64,000 nt of DNA from an uncultured Pelagibacteraceae bacterium (GTDB taxonomy: Bacteria; Pseudomonadota; Alphaproteobacteria; Pelagibacterales; Pelagibacteraceae), in the NCBI GenBank assembly GCA_902582735.1, contig CACHTB010000001.1, positions 640 to 64,639 on the forward strand, read 5' to 3'. Below the pieces are notes generated by a model. The model was not told the DNA's origin and ran no database searches. It saw nothing but the letters and a program-made list of their open reading frames with translations. This document shows positions 18,674 through 26,313 of the stretch, piece after piece. A program made the position numbers and the translations under genes. Position 1 is the first letter of the stretch. Every line of letters starts with the position of its first letter.

Positions 18674-19786
18674 ATGTCAGATAAAGTAATTGTAAATAGT
18701 TGGAATGAATGGGATCCATTAAAACATGTAATAGTTGGACGTGCTGACGGGACTTGCATTCCTGCTCCCGAACCAGCTTTAGATGCAAAAGTTCCTGAAG
18801 ATAGTGATATGAGAGGTCAGTTTGGCCCAAGAACAAAAGACACTGTTGATAAAGCAAATGAACTTCTAGATAATTTTTCATCCATACTAGAAAAACGTGG
18901 AATTAAAGTTGATAGACCAACGCCTTTGGACTTTAATCAACCTACTTCAACACCAGATTGGAAGGCTGAAACAATGTTTGGATGTATGCCGCCAAGAGAT
19001 GTTTTGCTTACAGTTGGGAATGAAATTTTAGAAGCAACTATGAGTTATAGATGCAGATGGTTTGAGTATCTTTGTTACAGACCTCTATTAAAACAGTACT
19101 ATAATGAAGATCCTAATATGAGACATGAATCAGCTCCAAAACCAAGATTAACAGACGCAGATTATAGAAAAGATTATTTATCAGATAAAATTGGAGTACA
19201 AAAAAGACTTGAGTGGACTGAGCAAAAGTATTTTGTAACAACTGAGGAGGAACCATTGTTTGATGCCGCTGATATTTTGAGATTTGGAAAAGATTTAGTA
19301 GTTCAACATGGTTTTACAACAAATTTAAAAGGAATTGATTGGATTAAAAGACATTATAAAGATCATAGAGTTCATGCAGTAAATTTTCCAGGCGATCCTT
19401 ATCCAATCCATATTGATGCAACTTTTACACCAATTAAAGAAGGATTAATTATAAATAACCCTCAAAGAAGATTACCTAAAGATCAAAGAAAATTATTTGA
19501 GGATAATGGATGGAAAATTTTGGATAGTGCACAACCAGCTCATAACGAACCACCTCCACTTTGTTATTCTTCAACCTGGCTATCCATGAATGTACTTGTT
19601 CTTGATTCAAAAACTGTTTGCGTTGAAAAAAGTGAAGTTTATCAGGCAGAGCAATTAGATAAATTAGGTATGGAAGTTGTGCCTGTAGAGCTTAGAGATG
19701 CCTATGCGTTCGGAGGAGGTCTTCATTGTTGTACTGCAGATGTATACAGAGAAGGAACATTAAAAGATTATTTTCCTAAACAATAA
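18674..19786 (+). CDS. Glycine (L-arginine) amidinotransferase-like protein
   Basis: VNSWNEWDPL, PRD, FDAAD, HIDAT, WLSMN, GGGLHC catalytic Cys motif. Confidence 0.85.
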   Translation: MSDKVIVNSWNEWDPLKHVIVGRADGTCIPAPEPALDAKVPEDSDMRGQFGPRTKDTVDKANELLDNFSSILEKRGIKVDRPTPLDFNQPTSTPDWKAETMFGCMPPRDVLLTVGNEILEATMSYRCRWFEYLCYRPLLKQYYNEDPNMRHESAPKPRLTDADYRKDYLSDKIGVQKRLEWTEQKYFVTTEEEPLFDAADILRFGKDLVVQHGFTTNLKGIDWIKRHYKDHRVHAVNFPGDPYPIHIDATFTPIKEGLIINNPQRRLPKDQRKLFEDNGWKILDSAQPAHNEPPPLCYSSTWLSMNVLVLDSKTVCVEKSEVYQAEQLDKLGMEVVPVELRDAYAFGGGLHCCTADVYREGTLKDYFPKQ

Positions 19787-20832
19787 TGGCAACAATTAAA
19801 ACAAAAAGAGATAGAGTAAAATTTGCATCTGATAATGTTACAGGAGCATGCCCAGAAGTATTAGATGCCATTTTAAAAGCCAATGATGGAGATAGAACTC
19901 CATATGGTAATGATGATCTATCAAAAAGTTTACAAGATAAATTTTCAGAAATATTTGAAAAAGAAGTAATTGTTTTTCCAACGTCCTCAGGAACTGCAGC
20001 TAATGCACTCGCGTTATCTACAATGACACCTTCATTTGGAAACATTTATTGCCATAGACTTTCACATATCAATGTGGATGAGTGTGGAGCCCCAGAATTT
20101 TACACAGGTGGAGCAAAATTAGTTAATCTTAATGGAATAAATGGAAAAATTACAGCTGAGGAACTTAACAACTCAATAAGTGGAAAGGATATTGTTCATC
20201 ATACACAACCTTCATCTGTAAGTATCACACAACTGTGCGAAACAGGAGAAGCTTATAATTTAGATGAAATAAAAAATATTTCTGAAGTAGCACATAAACA
20301 TAAACTAAATATTCATATGGATGGAGCTAGATTTGCTAATGCTTTGGTTTCATTAAATTGTAGTCCAGCAGAAATGACATGGAAATCAGGTATTGATGTG
20401 CTTTCATTTGGAGCCACAAAAAATGGATGTTTGGCAGCTGAGGCAATAATATTTTTTAAACCAGAATTAGTAGGTAATTTACCTTTTTTAATGAAAAGAG
20501 CAGGGCATTTATTATCAAAAATGAGTTTTGTCTCCGCACAATTAGATGCATACATTTCAAATGATGTTTGGATAAAAAACGCTAAACACGCAAACGCAAT
20601 GGGGAAAAAACTAAGCCAAGGTTTAGAACAGCATAAAAATATAAAAATTGCATATCCAACAGATGCTAATGAGATATTTGTAAAAATGCCTAAAGAAATA
20701 ATTGATCAACTTAACTCAGAAGGCTACACCATAAACGATGATGAGTGGGATGATAATGCTGTGAGATTAGTGACAGCATGGAACACAGATCCAACTGATG
20801 TTGATACTTTTTTAAACTATATTAAATCTTAG
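19786..20832 (+). CDS. ltaE: Low-specificity L-threonine aldolase
   Basis: FASDN, GTAAN, HMDGARFANA, SFGATKNG (PLP Lys). Confidence 0.9.
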   Translation: MATIKTKRDRVKFASDNVTGACPEVLDAILKANDGDRTPYGNDDLSKSLQDKFSEIFEKEVIVFPTSSGTAANALALSTMTPSFGNIYCHRLSHINVDECGAPEFYTGGAKLVNLNGINGKITAEELNNSISGKDIVHHTQPSSVSITQLCETGEAYNLDEIKNISEVAHKHKLNIHMDGARFANALVSLNCSPAEMTWKSGIDVLSFGATKNGCLAAEAIIFFKPELVGNLPFLMKRAGHLLSKMSFVSAQLDAYISNDVWIKNAKHANAMGKKLSQGLEQHKNIKIAYPTDANEIFVKMPKEIIDQLNSEGYTINDDEWDDNAVRLVTAWNTDPTDVDTFLNYIKS

Positions 20833-21060
20833 TTAGCTTGGATTTTCCTTTAAAAATTCAATATACTTAATTACATCATCTAACTGATCATCAGGTATAT
20901 CTTTGTAACTAGCATTAAATTTACTTTTCACACAAATTGCAACATGAGCGTAGGGGTTTCTTCCTTTAGGATGATTTGGGTGATCAGGTAATTGTCCCAC
21001 CAAATAATCGCCAGCTTCCTGAATAATTTTCCAGAGTTTACTTGCGTTTTCTTTGTTCAT
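20833..21060 (-). CDS. 75-aa hypothetical protein; intact target gene of the tandem elements
   Basis: Clean ORF whose stop abuts ltaE; its first 20 codons recur at 23204-23263 and 24528-24587. Confidence 0.85.
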   Translation of the reverse strand: MNKENASKLWKIIQEAGDYLVGQLPDHPNHPKGRNPYAHVAICVKSKFNASYKDIPDDQLDDVIKYIEFLKENPS

Positions 21061-21085
21061 ACTACTTCAAACCTTGATTTATCTC
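21001..21085. repeat. Junction repeat copy 1 (codons 1-20 plus ~25 bp upstream of the 75-aa gene)
   Basis: CAAATAATCGCCAGCTTCCTGAATAATTTTCCA...; coding 60 nt are 58/60 identical to copy 2 and 50/60 to copy 3. Confidence 0.95.
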
Positions 21086-21089
21086 TTCC

Positions 21090-21110
21090 ATTTCTAGTCC
21101 TATTTCTAGT
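21090..21110 (+). repeat. Tandem ATTTCTAGT x2 (12-bp period), left end of element A
   Basis: At 21090-21098 and 21102-21110. Confidence 0.85.
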
Positions 21111-21124
21111 ATCCTATATTATCC

Positions 21125-21130
21125 TATAAT
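21125..21130 (+). promoter_or_regulatory. Putative -10 box for a leaderless endonuclease transcript
   Basis: TATAAT 6 nt upstream of ATG 21137, no Shine-Dalgarno. Confidence 0.4.
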
Positions 21131-21136
21131 TTATAT

Positions 21137-22015
21137 ATGACTATCAATAGAAGAAGAGCGCCATCAAGTAGAATATCAAGTGAAAAAAAAAGAAAGGGAC
21201 ATAAGAATGAGGATATTTTTGCCTCGTTAATAAATGGTGCGGTAATAAAAGGAACACAAAAAGGAGACGTCAAGGATAGAAACGAAAAATTACATTCTGT
21301 TAAAAGTGGGAAGAAGTGGCAAATTTTTCTTTATTCTTATTCTAGAATATCACAGAGTTTAAATTTAAATATTTTAAAATATTGTCAAGACTCCTTTCCA
21401 TCAGATTACCAAACTTATTTAAGCGATAGAGAAAAATGTATTGCATTTAAAGAAAACTATATAAAGACAAATGGAAGAACTGCTGCAAAATCGTTATCAA
21501 ATGAAGAAGTTTCAAAAAATATTGGAAAGAATTTATATGTAAGCTCTAAGTATTTTCTTAAAGATAATACTTTGAAAGTTTGTGACACGTTAAAAGATAA
21601 AACAAAATTAAGAAATTTTTATAATGAAGCCTTGTTTAATAATGATGAAGTTGATTATCTAACAATTAAAGACAATCAAAATATATCAGATAATCTTTTT
21701 TTGATATTTGATAAGAATGATGTATTAAATATATTGGTTGAAAGTACATTTGTATCAACATCAAAGGCAGGAAATGTGCCAGAGGATTTCAATGTTGATG
21801 GTCAAAAAGTGCTGATTTGTTATAAACAAGCTTCAGGAAAATCTAAAAATATTATTGAAATTGAGGTAAGAAATGAAAGTGAATCAAAGTATCGGTCAAT
21901 AAGATTTAACATGTATAGTAAAGATACTTTAAGCTTACTTAATAATCTTAACAGTATTAAATTGAATGATAATATAATTGTGTATGGGGAGGCAATTCCT
22001 AAGTTTAATTTGTAA
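21137..22015 (+). CDS. Putative type II restriction endonuclease (PD-(D/E)XK-like)
   Basis: Convergent with a C5 MTase; GH..E...KGDV...SVK fits a D...SxK variant catalytic motif. Confidence 0.6.
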   Translation: MTINRRRAPSSRISSEKKRKGHKNEDIFASLINGAVIKGTQKGDVKDRNEKLHSVKSGKKWQIFLYSYSRISQSLNLNILKYCQDSFPSDYQTYLSDREKCIAFKENYIKTNGRTAAKSLSNEEVSKNIGKNLYVSSKYFLKDNTLKVCDTLKDKTKLRNFYNEALFNNDEVDYLTIKDNQNISDNLFLIFDKNDVLNILVESTFVSTSKAGNVPEDFNVDGQKVLICYKQASGKSKNIIEIEVRNESESKYRSIRFNMYSKDTLSLLNNLNSIKLNDNIIVYGEAIPKFNL

Positions 22016-22020
22016 TTTTT

Positions 22021-23004
22021 TTAGGATGCAATCTTCATAGATTGAGATTTATAATTTTTCAATTGATCAAAAATGTTATTAAAAATAAGAGAAACAAGAT
22101 TAACATCCCATCCATTTGCCAGCATTTTGCATAATTGTTGATATGATTGATCACATAAATCTATTTTTTCATTTTTAAATCCCATTAGTTTAAAATGTTC
22201 AGTAATAGAGTATTTTCTTACCTGTAAATTTTTTTTAATAGGAGGGTGAACAACTCTCATTTTGTTGTGATGTGGTTCAAGTATAGTGATGCTTATTCCA
22301 TCTTTACGAATATTTTTATTATATAAATCAGCACAAGATGGTTCTTTTACTATAAAATCTAATTCATATAATTCTTTTAATCTTTTTATTTGTTTTTGAT
22401 TTTTAAATAATGATTGATCTGGATTTTTATCCAAAAGATCTTTAAAAAAAATAGTTAGTTTTTTTTTCTCTGGGGATAATTTGAACGTAAGAGGTAGGAT
22501 ACCTTTATAGGCATAAATCCAAACTCTTTCTCTATTTTGCGGAATTCCATAGTCTTTGGAATTCATCAATTCAGTTACAACGTCATATCCTAAATTTGTT
22601 AGTTTAGTTATAATTGTTTTTAAAGTTCTACCATGCTTGCTTGTTTTAAGACCTTTGACATTTTCAAGTAAAATATGTTTGGGTTTCTTTGCTTTGCAAA
22701 TTCGAATTATATCATGAAAAAGTGTTCCTCGGGTGTCATCTTCGCCTAGCCCCATTCCAACTTGTGAAAAAGGTTGGCAGGGAAAACCACCAGTAAATAA
22801 ATCAAAATCAGGAATATCTTTGGGTTTAATTTTTGTTATATCTCCAAAATTTTTAATTCCAGGATGATTTTTTTGATAAAACTCACTTGTTAATCTATCT
22901 ATTTCTGAAAAACCAATAACTTCAAATGGTACTTTTGATCTTTTTAATCCAAAAGATGCTCCTCCATATCCAGCAAATGCTTCAAATAATTTAATTTTTT
23001 TCAT
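22021..23004 (-). CDS. DNA (cytosine-5)-methyltransferase
   Basis: Motifs I FAGYGG, IV GFPCQPFS, VI ENVKG, VIII QNRERV. Confidence 0.93.
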   Translation of the reverse strand: MKKIKLFEAFAGYGGASFGLKRSKVPFEVIGFSEIDRLTSEFYQKNHPGIKNFGDITKIKPKDIPDFDLFTGGFPCQPFSQVGMGLGEDDTRGTLFHDIIRICKAKKPKHILLENVKGLKTSKHGRTLKTIITKLTNLGYDVVTELMNSKDYGIPQNRERVWIYAYKGILPLTFKLSPEKKKLTIFFKDLLDKNPDQSLFKNQKQIKRLKELYELDFIVKEPSCADLYNKNIRKDGISITILEPHHNKMRVVHPPIKKNLQVRKYSITEHFKLMGFKNEKIDLCDQSYQQLCKMLANGWDVNLVSLIFNNIFDQLKNYKSQSMKIAS

Positions 23005-23065
23005 TTTTTAAGAATCAATTTATTATAAATCTAAACAAAATATTGTCAGTTGTTTTATCTAATTT

Positions 23066-23086
23066 ATTTCTAGTTTCATTTCTAGT
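23066..23086 (+). repeat. Tandem ATTTCTAGT x2 (12-bp period), right end of element A
   Basis: At 23066-23074 and 23078-23086. Confidence 0.85.
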
Positions 23087-23095
23087 TTCTTGTTT

Positions 23096-23288
23096 AAATT
23101 GATGAGTCTCTGAGCGATTTATTTCAAGCTAACTTTTTAATATCCGCATAAGTACTGTAGAATAGTGTAGCTTAATGTGGATTAGGTTGAACCGCTAATC
23201 CCCCAAATAATCGCCAGCTTCCTGAATAATTTTCCACAGTTTACTTGCGTTTTCTTTGTCCATGCTACTTCTATCCTTGTTTTATCTC
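23096..23288. repeat. Junction repeat copy 2: 108-bp non-coding arm plus duplicated gene 5' end
   Basis: 23096-23203 aligns without gaps to 24420-24527 (92/108 identical); 23204-23288 matches 21001-21085. Confidence 0.95.
23195..23263 (-). pseudogene. Displaced 5' fragment of the 75-aa gene (MDKENASKLWKIIQEAGDYLGD*)
   Basis: Manual translation; 20 codons of the target gene, then GGG GAT TAG from the arm. Confidence 0.85.
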
Positions 23289-23292
23289 TTCT

Positions 23293-23312
23293 AGTTCGAG
23301 TATAGTTCGAGT
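23293..23312 (+). repeat. Tandem AGTTCGAGT x2 (11-bp period), left end of element B
   Basis: At 23293-23301 and 23304-23312. Confidence 0.85.
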
Positions 23313-23390
23313 TATCCTATAAATTCCTTTAACCCAGAACCACGATCGATAGAAGTTTTTTCATCTTAAATAATTTTTTGTTAAATAATT

Positions 23391-24338
23391 CTATTTAGTT
23401 GTTAAATTAAAATCAAAAAAAGCATTATTCTTGAATTGATAAATTTTATTTGCCATTCCACCTATAGTTAATGCATCTAAACCAATACCTTTTGTGTTGT
23501 TATACTCAATTTGAATGCCATTTGTTTCACGATCAATCTTTATATTAAACGGAACAATCCCAATAATTTTTTCTACCCCATGATTATTAGTCATTGTACA
23601 TCCATTTGAACCACTTTTAATCATATCAGTTCTTACAGCTCCAACTCCATCATGCAAAGTTCCATCAGACTCAATTAAATAAGCATCAATATTAGCATTA
23701 GATCCTTGATATGTAATTGCATGAAAACAATCCCCAAGATTTCTTGTCAAACTATTAACGCCAACAGATACTTCTTGTGCATTTGCAGTTCCTGAACAAT
23801 CTACATTTCCTTTAGCATAAGAGGTAGCCCTACTATCATAGGAGTAAAGAGTGCCTAAAGATGAGACTTTCGTTACACATGTTTTTGATGAATTTGAACC
23901 ATGAGCTTCACCAACATTCGCAACAAAATTAACAGAAGTTTTATATTTAAATACAGAGCCTATTTCAATAATTCCATATTTATAATTACCAAAAGGAAGC
24001 ACATAAAAATCATTTGTAGATCCGATTTGATTTATAATATTTTTTGTAATAGTTGCCTCATATCCATTATCATTTTTAAAAAAAGTAGAACAATTTGTTC
24101 TATCAGTAACCAATGAAGTGGTTGGACCATTTGGCTTTGAACTACATAAATCTAATCTATAAAAAGTTACTTTCTGGAGATCTGGAGTAAATACACAATC
24201 AGTAGTTCCAAATAATGATAAAGTTCCTCCATTACCTGTACATTCTGGATCTGATCTTGCTATTGAGGTCCCTGGTGCTGCAGTCGCATGAATTGTAAAT
24301 AGCAAAACAAGTACCATGGCACCTAAAATTTTCTTCAT
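23391..24338 (-). CDS. Secreted hypothetical protein, Cys/Gly/Thr-rich
   Basis: Signal peptide MKKILGAMVLVLLFTIHATA; 8 Cys; no family recognised. Confidence 0.75.
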   Translation of the reverse strand: MKKILGAMVLVLLFTIHATAAPGTSIARSDPECTGNGGTLSLFGTTDCVFTPDLQKVTFYRLDLCSSKPNGPTTSLVTDRTNCSTFFKNDNGYEATITKNIINQIGSTNDFYVLPFGNYKYGIIEIGSVFKYKTSVNFVANVGEAHGSNSSKTCVTKVSSLGTLYSYDSRATSYAKGNVDCSGTANAQEVSVGVNSLTRNLGDCFHAITYQGSNANIDAYLIESDGTLHDGVGAVRTDMIKSGSNGCTMTNNHGVEKIIGIVPFNIKIDRETNGIQIEYNNTKGIGLDALTIGGMANKIYQFKNNAFFDFNLTTK

Positions 24339-24389
24339 TATAAAATTTTATCAAATCCACTAGAATTTTCTAATTAATTTATCTATTTT

Positions 24390-24409
24390 AATTCGAGTTT
24401 AGTTCGAGT
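24390..24409 (+). repeat. Tandem AATTCGAGT/AGTTCGAGT (11-bp period), right end of element B
   Basis: At 24390-24398 and 24401-24409. Confidence 0.85.
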
Positions 24410-24419
24410 TTAAGAGATG

Positions 24420-24612
24420 AAATTGAAGAGTCTTTATGCGATTTATTTTGAGTTAACTTTTTATTATTCGCATAAGCACTGTAGAATAGTGTAGGTGAGT
24501 GTAGGATAGGTTGAACCGCTAATCCCCCAAATAATCACCAGCTTCCTGAATAATTTTCCAGAGTTTCTGCGAGTTTTCTGGCGTCATAACTACTAAAACC
24601 TTGATCTATCTC
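24420..24612. repeat. Junction repeat copy 3: 108-bp arm plus diverged gene 5' end
   Basis: Match to copy 2 at offset 1324, ungapped over the arm and the coding part. Confidence 0.95.
24519..24587 (-). pseudogene. Displaced 5' fragment of the 75-aa gene (MTPENSQKLWKIIQEAGDYLGD*)
   Basis: Manual translation; same length and frame as the other copies. Confidence 0.85.
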
Positions 24613-24636
24613 GAAATGATCTAATCTATGATTTAG

Positions 24637-24894
24637 TTACATTATTTTCTCAAGTTTCCAAGCTTCATCTTTAGCATTAAATTTTGCGTTCCAGTCTTTA
24701 GATCTTTGATCTTCAAATAAGGAATAAAATTTTTCTTCATCAGTGACATTTGCAATAAAAATCATTTTACCTTCACGAATATGTGCCCATTCAAATGATG
24801 ACGTGCATTTTGCAAGATCATCTTTAAACATACTGTATAATTCATCTGCATCTTTTTTAGTTCCTTCATAAGTTGTTGTTCCAACAAAGTTCAT
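24637..24894 (-). CDS. Small hypothetical protein (85 aa)
   Basis: Clean ORF with AAGGA Shine-Dalgarno-like sequence upstream; family not recognised. Confidence 0.7.
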   Translation of the reverse strand: MNFVGTTTYEGTKKDADELYSMFKDDLAKCTSSFEWAHIREGKMIFIANVTDEEKFYSLFEDQRSKDWNAKFNAKDEAWKLEKIM

Positions 24895-24967
24895 TGTTTT
24901 TCCTTTCTTTAATTAATTGAATTAATTTAATAAATTTTCCTTATTATTTTAGTATAATAATTAATAA

Positions 24968-25994
24968 ATGACTAAAGATAAAATTAGAATTCATATAAGA
25001 AATAATCATTGGAAAAAAGGATCTTTGCCTTGTGACTTAGAAGGCGAAAAAAATAGCAGTGTCACAAAAGATTTGTTTGAAAGTAAATTAAGCAAGTATC
25101 CTGGAATAAAAGATAAAATTTCATATTTAATTGACTGGGATGATGATAATTGGAAATCTTCAATGAAAGATGCCGATATCCTACTTGCATGGAATTTTCC
25201 AACAAAAGCTTTAAGTAAAATTGCACCTAACTTAAAATGGATTCACATTGTATCAGCTGGAGTTAATCATCTCTCTCCATTTAATTGGGTTAAAAAAGAT
25301 TTAGTTTTAACTAATAGTAGAGGAATACAAGCAAAAAAAGCTGGTGAATTTGGATTAATGAGTATTTTGATGCTTCAAAACCAAATGACAAGAATAATTA
25401 CTAACCAAAAACAAAAAGACTATGTCACTTTATTAAGTAACCCGATTGAAAATAAACATGTTGTAGTAGTTGGAACTGGTTCATTAGGAGGTTCAATGAT
25501 TAAACATATCAGTTCATTAGGTGCAAATGTAACTGGTGTTAATAGACGAGGAAGAAATGTTGATGGATGTTCGAAAGTTATTAAATTTGATAAAATTGAT
25601 AAAGTTTTGCCTGATGCTGATTTTCTATATTTAGCAGTTCCAGAAACTAATGAGACAAAAGGAATGATTAACAAAAAAAGATTAGATACCTTAAAAACTA
25701 CATGTGGAGTTGTAAATATAGGACGTGCATCTGTAATGGATTACGAGCATTTAAGAAAAAAATTAAAAAAAAATGAAATTTCTGGTGCTATTTTAGATGT
25801 TTTTTTCAGAGGAACCTATAAAAAGAAATTCCAAATATTGGGACACCCCGAATTTGGTAATAACTCCCCATATATCCTCAGATAGCAAAGGAAAGTACAT
25901 TGAAATGGTTTTAGAAAAGTTTTTAACAAACTTAAAATTATTTATTGATAAAAAAGATTTAATTAACCAAGTAGATCCTGATCTGGGATACTAA
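24968..25994 (+). CDS. D-isomer-specific 2-hydroxyacid dehydrogenase; apparent +1 frameshift at T7 run 25800-25806
   Basis: SAGVNH, GTGSLG, VNIGRA, AILDVF then SEEP...TPHISS in the next frame. Confidence 0.8.
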
Positions 25995-26007
25995 TACTTC
26001 GATTACT

Positions 26008-26313
26008 TTAAGATATTATTTTATTTTTTTCATTATCCACAATAACTGGACTTTCAAAATATGTAATTTCTGGCTTAGAGTATCTTTCAGTAATCCACTT
26101 AATTCTTTCTTCATCGAACCATTTTTTGGCGAACTCTATTTTTGTAAAAGTATAAACACCACCAGCATAGCCTTTTTCAATATCTGCTATGTAATTTTTT
26201 CTCAATAATCCTTCTACGTCTATATATAACGTAGAAGTTTCGATAAACTTTTCTTTTAGAGTTTTTAAATTAAGTTCATTAGATATTTTAAATTTAACTA
26301 ATACTGTAATCAT
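26008..26313 (-). CDS. YdhR-like putative monooxygenase (dimeric alpha-beta barrel)
   Basis: GLLRK.Y...AGGVY.F...A..W motif. Confidence 0.7.
   Translation of the reverse strand: MITVLVKFKISNELNLKTLKEKFIETSTLYIDVEGLLRKNYIADIEKGYAGGVYTFTKIEFAKKWFDEERIKWITERYSKPEITYFESPVIVDNEKNKIIS

Larger units (their letters stand above)
21001..23203. mobile_element. Element A (2203 bp): putative non-autonomous integrative element carrying a restriction-modification pair
   Basis: Bounded by direct repeats of the target gene's 5' end; ATTTCTAGT tandem pairs near both ends; no recombinase gene. Confidence 0.75.
23204..24527. mobile_element. Element B (1324 bp): putative non-autonomous integrative element carrying one secreted-protein gene
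   Basis: Same architecture as element A; A(G/A)TTCGAGT tandem pairs near both ends. Confidence 0.75.

Noticed and set aside
23179-23203. GGTTCAACC (minus strand) as a tRNA T-loop fragment marking a tRNA integration site
   Set aside because: No T-stem or acceptor-stem pairing and no cloverleaf; the duplicated target is a protein-coding 5' end.
24434-24492. XerC-like half sites (ATTCGCATAA / TTATGCGATTT) in the arm suggesting dif-module mobility
   Set aside because: No XerD-like TTATGTTAAAT half at 6-8 bp spacing, and one half is degenerate in the other copy; too weak to call.
21001-24612. Repeats as a CRISPR array or classical integron attC sites
   Set aside because: Repeats are 85-190 bp with kb-scale gene-bearing spacers, no cas or intI gene is present, and there are no GTTRRRY/RYYYAAC-bounded attC palindromes.
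25800-25806. Phase-variable poly-T switch in the hydroxyacid dehydrogenase
   Set aside because: A 7-nt run is commonplace at this AT content and matches the +1 error pattern seen in dnaB.
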